A DNA stretch of 64,000 bases from Eledone cirrhosa (taxonomy: Eukaryota): contig OZ024743.1 of NCBI GenBank assembly GCA_964016885.1, forward strand, positions 327,608,001 to 327,672,000, written 5' to 3'. The position numbers were made by a program, and so were the translations under genes. Below the pieces are notes generated by a model. It was not told where the DNA came from. It ran no database searches and saw nothing but the letters and a program-made list of their open reading frames with translations. Below, piece by piece: positions 38,751 to 51,189 of the stretch (position 1 is the first letter of the stretch; every line of letters begins with the position of its first letter).

Positions 38751-40405
38751 TCTATATATAATATAGAAGAGAGATGTTTATTGGTTGGTTGAATACACGA
38801 AAACTACACACACACACATCTAAAGAGAGAGAGACACAGAAGGAGAGAGAGAGAGTGATAAGCTGTTCCACAGAGAGAGATACAATTAAAGTGTTAGATA
38901 TTCAGAAAGAGAGAGTGATGTCCCACAAAAGTCTACAATCAGCTTAAACTATAGATCAAAATATCAATTGAAGGTTTAACTATATTGTGTTAGCTTTTAT
39001 AAAGTCGCTTTACACCAGTCTTTGATTTTACAGAACAAAGAAAAATTGATACTATTTGAAATTAATCTACTGTGTATATCAATTTAGCTTTTTGAGGATA
39101 GTGTCATGTTATTATTAACCTAATTTAGATGACAGTGTCAACCTATTCTCTAAGACTGCTATTTGCATTTCTATTTTTTTTTATATTGCTTTGTATTGTT
39201 TTTTTTTTTCATGATATTTTCCAAGAAAATTAATTTCACCATATCACCAAAACACTGCTCATCTATGGGAGGAGTTACAATGTCCGCCAAACAGTTGAAA
39301 TCATCAAGCGAAAGAGAAATTCACGAACAATATAAAAAAAGACTTGGGAATAAAGGGACAAGTCAACAGTGTGACATTCAGCAGAATATGAGACGGGGAA
39401 ACAGAAAGGTTAAGACAAGAAAGACAATTGCAACTTTCTGAAAGTGTACAGAACCTGAGACAGGAAACAGAAAGATTAAGGCAAGAAGAAAGTCTATCAC
39501 AACAGAGGTTCAATAGGAAAATCACCAAGAGGCAATGAGAGTTGTGATGCAAACTTGACGAGCACAAAGGACTCTTCAAGGCAGAATAAACTGGCTAAGA
39601 GCTGCGTTTTCATATAATCCATCGAAGAATTATAGAAATGATCCTAAAGTCGCGATTGGTAGCATGGATAAAGTTAGACTTCCACTGATAGAGGGCCCTC
39701 CAGCTTTTATCCATATATAGCTTACAGACCGTACTAACGAAGCTAAATACTTCCGAAGCAATGTTATGCAGTATATTGCTGCGTTTCAGATGACGTCCTT
39801 TGGAGCTGAAAAAGAACATATTGATACTGACTATGGTTATTTCACATTTAAAATCCAAGACTAATGCTACCATTTAATCGGCAGTTTACTCCCTCGGCCT
39901 AATAAGGAAGTGTTATTATTGTTTTATATATATATGGAGGCACATGGCTTAGTGGTTAGAGCATTGGCCTTGCAATCAAAAGGTTGTGAGTTCAATTCTC
40001 AGACCGGGTGATGTGTTGTTTCCTTGAGCAAGACACTTTATTTCACTTTGCTCCAGTTTACTCAGCTGCAGAAATAAGATGATAGGACTGGTGTCCATAT
40101 CATTCCACTGCAAAGTGATCGTGGAGGTGCCACGGCAAAAAAGCACCCAGCACTCACTGTAAATGAGGTTGGTGTTAGGAAGGGCATCCAGCTGTAGAAA
40201 TCAAGCCAGAATCAGTTCCCGTCCCACCTTTGCAAGCAGGGAAAAAGCGGACGTAAAATGAAATGATGATGATGATGATGATGATGATCACATACACACA
40301 CATTGCGGTCTCACCTCATACTGCAAACCAGACAACACATCCAATATAGTCGTTATCTTTTTTTTTATCCGTCTTCTTTTAACTGAAGCCGGGTACCTCA
40401 GCTAG
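38751..40405 (+). mobile_element. Non-autonomous Helitron (internally deleted Rep)
   Basis: 5' end A|TCTATATATAA, 3' end gaagccgggtacctcagCTAG|T. Decayed Rep N-terminus at 39600-39905 (AAFSYNP...IGSMDKVRLP...AAFQMTSFG...FKIQD*CYHLIGSLLP). Confidence 0.8.
39936..40288 (+). mobile_element. tRNA-derived SINE with RTE 3' tail, nested in the Helitron
   Basis: A-box tggcttagtgg, B-box gagttcaattc, core tccttgagcaagacactt. The 3' half matches RTE 3' UTR 3730-4000; (gat)n tail. Confidence 0.9.
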
Positions 40406-42599
40406 TATATAGATAAATCAGCTACAGTTCAGTTTCATTTTATTGCTATGTAATGGCATCACCAGGTAGGTCTGAATGACGAAAACCTTATTGCTATCAC
40501 CCCAGTTCCTTCAAAAGTCTCGAACTCCACAGGCTGAAATAGTTAGCCGATAGTTCCTGATAAATATGTAATGAATCCAAGATATTTTTGAGCTCTAAAC
40601 CCCACTTCAAGATATATGCGTGTATATGTTGAATTTTGATAGCTATGGCATTTGTGTTTGTAATTTCAAGCTATCGATATTGTCAGCAAATGTGTACTTT
40701 GCTATTATGCAATTTCATCTTTATTAAAACTAAATTCTTAGTTCAAAGTTTTTCGACAAAATACTTTTTCAGTAATTTCATTTTATTTGTTTATTTTTCT
40801 GAAACGTTTTCGGGCAAAATAATAAAAGTAATGTGAAATTACATAACGAAGGCATTATGAAAGAAATGTCATATCTTACTGTTAGATAGTAAAATGAAAT
40901 AATTAGTTGATTTATATATAATTTATCTTTTTGAAAATATGAAACCTTACGTTTTTGTTAATGCTCCTTCAGATTAACCCCCTCTATGATAAATTAATAT
41001 AAATAAGACAATAAAATTAACCGAGCTAATTTATTATAAATTATCATTTTTTTGTAATTGATTAACTCCAGACTGACAGCCATACAAACAGAAAACATGA
41101 ATTAACCCCATCCCTAAACTCTATCTCTAATATGAAATAAACTAGTTTGGGAGTATATTGTCTGAAGAAGCACCACATCTATTTTTAGTCGCGGGTTTTA
41201 TCAATTTCTTTTCAGTTATAGTATAAATGTAATTTTGAAAAACATGAACAAACAATCCCATTTACTATTAAGCTATAAACCCAAGAATTTTACGAATATA
41301 AAACAAATATATTTAAAATAATATCCGATAATGTTTCATGAAAACATTAACGGTTGAAATTTGTTTTGTTAATAGGCCAAATCAAATCAAAGTTATATTT
41401 TTTCTACATTCTTTAAGATGACGGATCAAAATTGTTTCTATTTAGTAAACACCATTATTTATAGACAAAAATCGAGGGCTCTCTCACAAAATGTCGCCGG
41501 AGAAATATAATTAGAATTGTATATTAAAATAAATCGTATCATTAAAACCCCATTGGCTTGATAATAATAAAATCAGAAATAAAAAGAAAATTATGTTTTC
41601 ATAATAGCCTATTTATCCATCGATATAACTGTTAAAATAATTACTGTAACCCGTGAACGAGATTTTCTTCGTTTTATTGACGAATTTCCATTAACACTGA
41701 TTTATTTATTTCTAACAATTTATCGCAAAATACACGAAATAATAAAATCAAATTGATTGGAAACTTGTAGGTATTGATTGGAAGAAAACAAAGTAAAGAA
41801 ATAGGTAACAATTAAAACGATATCAACATACCAGCATATAATGGTAAAGCTGTCATAATCTTGAAATCGTCTGCTTTTTTTTTTTTTTTTTTTTAATATG
41901 AGAAAGGAAGGTAGTCAAAGACAGTAATATGTTTATGAAAACAACACAGAAGGAAGTTAACTTTGATAACTGCTACTTTTTTGTTTTTGTTTTTACAAGA
42001 AAATGTTGTTACGAGATAGAAAGAAATATAAAAACGACCATAAAATGACCACTGAAATTAGTTGCAGTTGGACAATACCCAGAAGATTGCTGCCGGTCTA
42101 ACAAGTGGCTTCAAAATTCATGGCCCACAATGCAATTCTCTCCTGAATTGGTTCGAAATAAAGATTTAAAGGGTCAATTTTTAAAAATTGTATTAATGTT
42201 TATCTTTGCATCTAAAATTTTATTTGCTTATGAAGATAATTTATATAATAAATATGAGTTACTAAAGAAATTAATCGGAGAGAAAATAAACAAAAAATAA
42301 TGGAATACATGCACACCCATTACACGTTTGTGAATAATATTTAATTGTGTGTAAACCTTAAGTTATAAGTTTCTGAGTAACTAAAACTTCACTTAATTAT
42401 AGATATAATTATTACTAATCGTTTGCAATTCTTTCAGAATGAAAATATAAACAGAGCATATAAATAAATTTACAGTAGAATAACATAACAAATATGTTTT
42501 AAATATATACATAAATAACATTACAAATGCTTAGATAATATTATAAATAGCTCGCGATTCATTCAGAAAGATATATTCTTTTAATGTTGCAATATTAAA

Positions 42600-44330
42600 G
42601 AAAATGTAAAGGAAGGGGTGAACAACCGAGCCAACACCAAAGCAACGTCGCGAGGAGTACCGGGCAACCTTTCTAATGATTTTTGAGGCAAGCCAGCACA
42701 CTCGCAGCGTTGCCTCGGGTGATGGCGAGGCTGATGCGCTGAAACAGCCAAGCGCCCTCGCGAGATTCGCCAGTTACCTCTGTAGCGGTCCCTTATGGCT
42801 GTAACTCAGCACGTATAGGAGTTGCGTCCCTTTGTGACGGTCGCGACTCCCAGTGGCAGATCCATGTACTAAATGGAGTTGCGTCCCCCTGGGGACTATA
42901 TATTTAAGAACATCAAAGCATTAACTCCCTCTCTTCCTGCACCGGCAACCGAAAGGACCACTTGAACCTTACCAAGAGATTTCTGCTCTTCTCTACACAC
43001 TCCAGTCTGGGAGTTGTGACCAGCTGACCATCAACATGTGGTAAAAATTATTTCTATTAATTTATTTGACTTCTGTGAAGTAAAACCATGTCACAACACT
43101 CACCTGCATTTATTGTCATTCTTAATAATATATATACACTGATACCAACATTCTAAACCTCTATTAGGCGAGCCGCCAGTGAAAAGAGGAACCTCGCAGT
43201 CAGCGGCCCGACTCCCCCAAACGTCTCTAAAGCCAAAGGCTGAAAAATGTAGCTGGCCGCCGACAGATCAGAGTATTTGAGGCTCTTGCTTCACTCGGCT
43301 GGGGAAGCTGTGACTCTCGTCCTAACCGAAGCATCGAGGATGTGGGAAAGAGCAAAAGAGTCACTGACAGTGACGTCCCAGACAAGGCACCTGCTTCTCA
43401 ACAAGGGGCACAGGGTAAGGCCGTCAGATCTTTTACCGTCACTTCTGGATAACCCAGATGGTTCAAAGACAGGGGATATTCGCCCGGGCCAAAGCTCTCT
43501 TCAGAATGAGATTTAGCTCCGTGTGACGCGCGAAGCGGCTGGCATTCAGGCGGCAAGAAAGACCGTGGAGGCCTGTGGGGTCAAGGAGTTTGCAGCATCG
43601 ACACCTCAAACCCATGCAGACGTCAGCTCCCACTCTGAGGGCGATGGAGACACGAAGTTCGTCCAGGCTGAGTTGGCCACGGGCAGGGCATCAACCCAGT
43701 CGCCTGAGTATTTGGCGCTGGCAGATAATAAGGGGTACCTTGCAAACTGATCTGACTGGACGAAGAGGGAGTCGAAGGTGGCCTTCGAACTTATGCTGTC
43801 CCAAGTTCTCTGACTTCGACTGTCCTCTACCTTCTCAGGAAGATACAAGCCCAACTCACTCCATTGCTGGAGAGCTTCACCCAACTCCCTGTTGGAACTA
43901 GTCCATGTTGGAGAGGAGAGGATGCTGCTCACCAGGGTGGAGCCAGCGTGGGTGGAGGAAAGGAAGCAGGAGAGAGAGAGGGACGAACACTTACAAAGAC
44001 CAAGACCCCCAAATTGCTTGGGCAACGCAGCCTGATCGCGGGACTCTGGAGAGAGTCTAACATTGACCAGGCACTCGAGTCTCTCGAAGATTAGGTCGTC
44101 GAACCGTTGGAGGCAGGACGGAAATCTGTGAGAGGGGCTGACCCTGAGCAGATACACAAGCTTAGGAAGGGACAGGTAGTTCCTGAGTATGAAGAAACTT
44201 TGATGGGGTTCGATAACTTCGATATTCCTCACCAGTTGCTCAAGGCCAACCATCTTCGATTGGAACGTTGACTCGAAGGACAAGTCTGTGATTGAGGCTC
44301 CTAAGGAGCACCAAGCCGACGGGGGAGGAG
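42600..44330 (-). mobile_element. CRE-clade non-LTR retrotransposon (RT thumb plus restriction-like endonuclease), 5'-truncated, interrupted by a solo LTR
   Basis: PKLVYLLR, LPKQFGGLGL, SGDWVDALP, C-C...H...C, RH, KRSDG, VWD, LETFGG, and C-terminal LFQRISLAITRGNAASVLACLKNH* (42672-42780). Confidence 0.85.
42781..43157 (+). mobile_element. Solo LTR (family B)
   Basis: tgtagcgg...cattctaa(a), flanked by an (a)cctc TSD; removing it restores the CRE frame. A second copy is inverted at about 48011-48359. Confidence 0.85.
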
Positions 44331-45022
44331 CCGCGATGAAAGGGAAGGACTCTGCAAACAGTACCCTTTACAACAGAAAATGTTGGTGCTTTCCTCTAAA
44401 AGTGATTGAGGCATGCCAAGACATTCATAGTATTGCCACGAGTGATGGTAAGGCCAAAGTGCTGGAATAGCCAAGCACCGTCACAAAGTGCATCATCTGA
44501 TATGGCGAGCTGCCGACAACGACAGAAATGCTACGGGGTTACTAGCTAAATTACTGAACCCAATAGTATTGTTTAGGGAACTTTTACTAAGCTTTAATCC
44601 GTTATTTTAAAACAGAAAAAGTTCTGAAACTGATTTTATTTTTTATGTTACTTATTTTGTAAAATGTGGATATATATATAATATTTCTGACATACCAGCA
44701 GCATAGAGTTTGTGCCGGTCAGAGCAATAAGTGAGTTTACAACGCCCCACCCACGAAAAGCACAACACATTACGCCGCCTGGTGCGAACTGCACACCTCT
44801 TTAATCACGTTGCTATAAGGAACCGGTAATTCCCCCCGTTTTACGATAATAAATAACGTGATAATTTTTGTGAGTGAAAATCACAATTTAAAAAAAAATT
44901 ACAGGCGTAATCTACACCTTCGAAAACGTATCTTTAGCAATAAGGTATAATAGATATATCACCAAGACTCTAGCATGTTTTTACATAATTTATTAACAAA
45001 GGTTTAGAGGTTTAGAGGTGGA

Positions 45023-46657
45023 TGCTAGCCCACTCGGTACCAGAGGCCAAGATTTCGCTTTGAGTTGATGCATCTGATACCGCTGTGGGAGCAGTTTTAC
45101 AGCAGTACAACGCTGGAAACCAACAACCTTTGGCATTTTTCTCAAGGAAGCTGAAACCAGCAGAAATGCGTTACAGCACGTTTGGGCGGGAATTATTAGC
45201 CATATATCTGTCGGTGAAACATTTCTCTCATATTCTTGAGGGGAGAAATTTTACTGTTTTAACTGACCACAAACCTCTGACCTTCGTTTTGAGGGCTAAA
45301 GCCGACAGATATTCGCCCAGAGAGACAAGGCACCTGGATTACGTTTCGCTATTTACAAGTGATATCCAGCACATTGCTGGTTCGCTTAACATAGCTGCAG
45401 ACGCATTGTCACGTTTGCCAATCAGCTCCATCTCGTCATCCCAGGAGATCGACTTAAGTCGTTTAGCTGCAGACCAACCTGCACTCCAATACTTGGATAC
45501 TCTTTCTGCCGAGTGTGCGACTTGCATCTTCAAATATCTGCCCTTGTCGACTACCGACAGGCAGATTCTATGTGATGTATCTACGGATTCACCACGACCA
45601 TATATTCCTGAGACTCACCGTCAAATTGTGTTCCTTGCTTTGCACAGCATTTCTCACCCAGGAATTTCTGCCACAGTAAAGCTTATAACGGCTAGACTTT
45701 TCTGGCCCAATATGAGGCGAGAAATTACTGTCTGGTGCCGTTCCTGCACACAGTGTCAGAGATCTAAAGTCCACAGACACATCCGGACTCCACTTGGTAC
45801 TTTCAGTATTCCAGATGCTCGGTTTCAACACATCCACATTGATATCGTTGGACCTTGGCCATTCAGTAGTGGATATTCGTACCTCTTGACCTGTATCGAT
45901 CGTTTTTCGCGATGGCCTGAAGCCATCCCCTTAAAAAATATTACTGCTGAGACTGTAGCGCGTGCCCTGGTATCAGGGTGGATTACCCACTTTGGGGTAC
46001 CAACTACAGTCACCACAGACCGTGGTAGACAATTTGAGTCTCATCTTTTCTCTGAGCTGACAAAGATCATTGGTGCTCAACGGATTCGGACCACAGCTTA
46101 TCATCCTGCTTTGAACGGAATGGTGGAACGATTCCACTGCCAATTAAAGGCCGCTCTTCGCGCCTATCCAGACTCTCAACGTTGGAGCGAGTACCTTCCT
46201 ATTGTGTTATTAGGAATTTGGTCATCAATAAAGGACGACCTTGGGTTCTCCCCGGCCAAATTACTGTATGGTGCTCTTCTAACGTTGCCTAGGCAAATGC
46301 TTGCCCCTGTTGATTTTGCTTTTCAGGACCCTGTTTCCTACGTATCTCGTTTGCGTTCCTATTTTCAGGACTTACCGCCCATGAATACTAGGAAACAAAC
46401 TATTAAAGCTGCAGTCCCAAGGGATATTGCCTCGTGGACACATGTATTCGTCAGAAATGACGCGGTTGCTCCACCCCTCACATAGCCGTACTCTGGACCC
46501 TACCGTCCAGAGTACGGCTGTGTGAGGGGTGGAGCAACCACATCGTCCAGAGAGAGAATTTTGGTGGATAGACTAAAAAGGGCATACAATGACGCTCATA
46601 CACCCGAGCCACAAATACCCCAATCTTTCTCTCTTGTGCATACACCTGCTCCTTCTG
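45023..46657 (+). mobile_element. Ty3/Gypsy pol fragment (RNase H plus integrase) inserted in the 3' LTR
   Basis: ORF 45085-46485: [55 protein letters not shown] motif. Confidence 0.92.
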
Positions 46658-48010
46658 CTGGCATGCCAAACGAAATGAAATAAACCAATTAAGATTGCAA
46701 GAGAAGGTACAGTCGACTGGCTGAGGCGTTGGCCAGGCCGTAGTAATGTTTTGTTGTTACATATTGTTTGTGCTTGCGGAACAAAAGAAGAATTGGTGTT
46801 TACCTTAGCAAGGTCAAACTGCAAGAGAGAGAGAGGCGCCAGAACACTCCCTTATATTCGGACCACGGGGAAGTAACTCCAATTAGTTTTGTTCTCCGGA
46901 CAAAGGTGGCGCTAGTCACTACAATACCCTCCTCCAGACGATAGACGATAATGGAGAAGTTAAATGTAGCGAGAAGGCGTACAGAACAAAACAAGGAAGG
47001 TAAAGGTATGTAAATGACAAAAGGAGCAAAGTATAAAATGAGCATGCATGATAAATGTAACAGGAATAAATCATTGAAAAATGATACAGTTCAAACAGTG
47101 TTCACAGGAAATGTAGCACAATTTCAGCAGGAAAACAGTGTAGGAAAAAGTGTGTGTCCAAAGAGAATGTGTGCAGGTGGTTTCTGTACTGTGAAAGAAA
47201 CGTGAAATTCCCAACCTTCAAAGGGAATGGTGGAAATTTCGCACAGGAAGATGACTGCAAGAAGGATTCTCAGTTCTGTTTGTTGTTCTGCTGGTTTGAA
47301 GTTGTTGAGAGAAGAGCAAAGATGAAATTGTTGTTGGTTGTCGTCTCACAGTTAGAAGATCCTAGAAAAACTGTTGCGCAAAGTGTTAGAAATAACAGCC
47401 AAAATTGATGGTCAGTGTTGCGGTTGAGTGTTGATCTGTTTGAGTCCAGATGAAGTTGCAACCACAGAAACGAGCATACAAGATAAATGCACAGTAACTA
47501 TCCCCCAATTTACGACATTGTAGTGTTGCAAATCTTTTACTGGCAAATACAAAAAATAGCTTGGGCTGATGAAGTCCTTGAAAAGAAATAGCAAAGCATG
47601 TGTATCTCAGTGGGGTGAAATTGTGCACTACACACGTGCTAGTACAAGGTGAAATTGAAATTGAAGTCGAAAAAATTTCTTTTGCGCGGGAAAATTACGA
47701 AAGAGACAAGATGGCTACCGAAAATGAAAGATGTAACAAAATATATATCCAGTGAGTGAGACACATTTAGATGATACAACACGTGAGGTGTAGGAAAATG
47801 TTATTGTTCGTTGGAGAAACTGTTTTTTTTTTCATGTTGAGTTTTTATTTAATAAACTTGAAATTTGGTAAGTGCCCGAGCAGGCAGAAATTGTGAATTC
47901 AATTTCTGTGGAGGATGGCAAGTGAGATATGCTGAAAGAGTCTGTCAACAGTGAAACTTGTTGAGATTCATTCTTGTCAGTGACCAACTCATTCCATCCC
48001 AATAAGGAGG

Positions 48011-48359
48011 TTTACAATGTTGGTATCAGTGTATATATATTACTAAGAATGACAATAAATGCAGGTGAGTGTTGTGACATGGTTTTACTTCACAGAAGTC
48101 AAATAAATTAATAGAAATCATTTTTACCACATGTTGATGGTCAGTTGGTCACAACTCCCAGACTGGAGCGTGTAGAGAAGAGCAGAAATCTTCTCTTGGT
48201 AAGGTTCAAGTGGTTCTTTCGGCTGCCGGTGCAGGAAGTGAGAGAGTTAATGCCTTGATGTTCTCAAATATACAGTCCCCAGGGGGACGCAACTCCATTT
48301 AGTACATGGATCTGCCACTGGGAGTCGCGACCATCACAAAGGGACGCAACTCCGCTACA
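48011..48359 (-). mobile_element. Solo LTR (family B) nested in the family A internal region
   Basis: Reverse complement of 42781-43157; flanks (a)cctt/(a)cctc. Confidence 0.85.
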
Positions 48360-49675
48360 AAGGTAGCTCAGAGATCCAGGACACCAGAAGTTGCCATGTC
48401 TATGAGTTCAATGGAGGACAACTATGAGATTTCAGTGAATCTGGCTACTATTTCTAGCTATTTGGGTAAGCATGTATGACATGACACTATTACATCTTTC
48501 TGGTAAAGGCCCATAGGTAAAAATACAGGGGTGCAATTTCACTGCTTGCCATAGCTGCTATTTTCCCTAGTTATGCCTCTGCTTGTTAGTTCGCTATATA
48601 CACAATAAAAACACCAACATCACTATCTTCAGAATTGAGTTAACAAGCCATATCACGCTGAGGTCACCATTTTAGCAATAAAGTATAATAGATATATCAC
48701 CAAGACTCTAGCATGTTTTTACATAATTTATTAACAAAGGTTTAGAGGTGGATTAAGCTGGCATGCCAAAAGAAAGGAAATAAACCAATTAAAATTGCAA
48801 AAGAAGGTACGGTCGACTGGCTGAGGCGTTGGCCAGGCCGTAGTAATGTTTTGTTGTTACATATTGTTCGTGCTTGCGGAGCAAAAGAAGAATAGGTGTT
48901 TACCTTAGCAAGGTCAAACTACAAGAGAGAGAAGCACCAGAACACTCCCTTATATTCAGGCCACGGGGAAGTAACTCCAATTAGTTTTGTGCTCCGGACA
49001 AAGGTGGCGCTAGTCACTACATATCTCTGCAAGATGCACTACCAAGAAAGTTATGAGGAAACGATGTCGATTGGGGACCCTAAAAGAAATTGCGTGGGGT
49101 AAATAGTCGGTATAAAAGATTAAATATATATTTATTTGTTCTGCCAATGAAACAAAACCCACAAGAACATGCACTAAATAGCCTGTATATCCTTAGCCTC
49201 ACCGGCATTTCATAGAGTTGCTCGAGTGAAAATTCGTTCAGCCATCTTACCGTCATTCTAGTCATGCTCATCCTGTATTTTTTTTTTTTTGTGTGGCGTA
49301 TATAAAAATGGTGACATGATGTTTGAAGGAGATTTGACCATTTCTAGTAAGTTTAGTGACCATGTAGAAACTTTTCTATTGCAACCAATCTTTCGGACAA
49401 CTACTGGCAAACAGGTCTATGGTCAGCAACTTTATCTATAGGAGGATATTTAAGACATAAAATGCAAGAGTAAATAGTTTAATTATCGAACCCTTCCTTT
49501 TTTTCCATACAAACATTCTGACGATGATTAGTATCTTTGAAATACCCCAATACCAGAAGTCTTGGTAATGCACATTTTCTCCAAAGCGAGTTAGTTTTGA
49601 GTTCATATGGCGTCAATTATTTTGGTGATGATAGATTTGATATAACCTATTCTCCATAGTAATATCCAACTCCAT

Positions 49676-50283
49676 GGCCTAATCCTATATAAGCTTTGTT
49701 GGAGGTGTCCGTCCTCACGTTGCACTGGTAGATCACGTTACGTTCTCGGCATCTGTTGTTGAGGGTGCACGTAGATCTATCAGGGCAGTTACATCTCCTG
49801 GTCGGCTCTCCACTGATGTCTAGGTTGTTTCTTCCATAGGGGTTGAGTTTTTTGTTGTTTGAGGAGACAATGTTTTGTGCGAAGTTAGGTGTGGTGCTGT
49901 AGGAAAGTTTGATGGTGTTTTTGTTGATTATGTTGTGGTAGCGGTGTTGTAGTGGGAAGTCTTTTGCGAGGAGCCTAAAGAAGATTTTCCCGATAGGTGT
50001 TGCCACCTCGGCATTGAGGGGAGGATTGAACCACGTTACGTTGCGTGAGCGGCGGTGTCGCCTGCTGGTTCCGCTAAGGGAAGCTGGATAAAAGGATATT
50101 TCCTTCCGGAAGCCACTCCACTTGAGGGCCTGGTTGTAATGAGGCGCATGTTCGTCGAACATCTGCTCATTAGCGGACAAACGAGATATGTGGAGGGAGA
50201 TGTTTTTAACCAGGTTATTGGTGATGTTTCTAGGATGGTTAGAGCGATGGTGGATGTAGTGCAGGTTGTCGCTTGACCGGCTC
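49676..50283 (-). mobile_element. Penelope-like element fragment (RT thumb, linker, GIY-YIG start; Naiad-like)
   Basis: HYIHHRSNHP...RSRNVTWFNPP...IKLSYS...CNC-x5-C-x5-C...VIY...YIG. Confidence 0.82.
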
Positions 50284-51189
50284 CACTCACTCCCTCATTG
50301 TTCTACAGGCAACTTCAGCCACCCCTACCTCCCACCAAATGCCATGATAGACTTATTTGTGTTTACAACAAATTTTGACCAATCATCTTGACAACTACAA
50401 TCTTCCCATACAAGTTCGACTATTTATTTACCAGGCTAAAAATTCTAATTTAGTCCAGAAATAGCCGTCGAAACGGCTTGAGCTCTGCCGTCGGGGTCAT
50501 ACTTTTTCCTGTAATTAAGAAATAGAGATATATGTGTGTATATGTTGAATTTTGATAGTTATGACATTTGTGTTTGTAATTTCAACCTATCTATATTGTC
50601 ACATCAGCATATTTGTTTTGGAAAAAATGTGAATTTTGCTGTTATGTAATTTCATGTACATCGTTTATTTTTTAAAAATGCATTTATTCAATATCTTAAA
50701 ACAATATCTTATCTAGTTTTCTTAAAACCCAGGTGCGTGGTATTCTGTCAAAAGTCTCCTCCAAATAAAAGAATAGATCTTAGATTGTCTAAAAAAACAA
50801 AAGTGACTTCCTTTGTCTTATGAAACTATGTAGACAAGGTCTTTGAAGGTGATGCCGTAGCAAGGTCACAGTCCAATGGTAGAAACTAGTAAGAATATAT
50901 ATATATTTTTAATAACTTCACAAACATACAACCAAAGACAAAGTGGAATCATCACCTTATCATTAATAGCAAATAGTGATTAAGAAGTTCACTTTGCAAT
51001 TATGAGGTCTCAGGTTGGATTCTACAGCATAGAATCTTAGTAAAGTGTATTTACCATAACCTTAGCTTGATCCAAGCTTTGTGAGTGAAATTAAGTAAAC
51101 AGAAACTATGAAGAAGCACGTTGAATGGATTGTAATTTAAAGGTTTTTATTTTACCAATAAATACAATATATATATATGTATATATTAA

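Larger units (their letters stand above)
44933..49021 (-). mobile_element. Non-autonomous LTR retrotransposon (family A) with a split 3' LTR
   Basis: 5' LTR 49021-48671. PBS TGGTGACCTCAGCGTGAT (tRNA-Trp-like) at 48669-48652. PPT ggaggagggtat at 46935-46924. 3' LTR 46923-46658 plus 45022-44933. TSD tatc(t) on both sides. Confidence 0.85.

Noticed and set aside
39936-40010. tRNA gene
   Set aside because: The A/B boxes belong to a multi-copy SINE head followed by a core and a LINE tail.
43166-43180. ggcgagccgcc after the LTR as a tRNA-Arg PBS
   Set aside because: It is antisense CRE coding sequence (LAARL); the TSD shows this is a solo LTR.
42781-48359. Inverted approx. 350-bp repeats as TIRs of one large DNA transposon or DIRS element
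   Set aside because: Each copy has its own TSD in a different host element, so they are independent solo LTRs.
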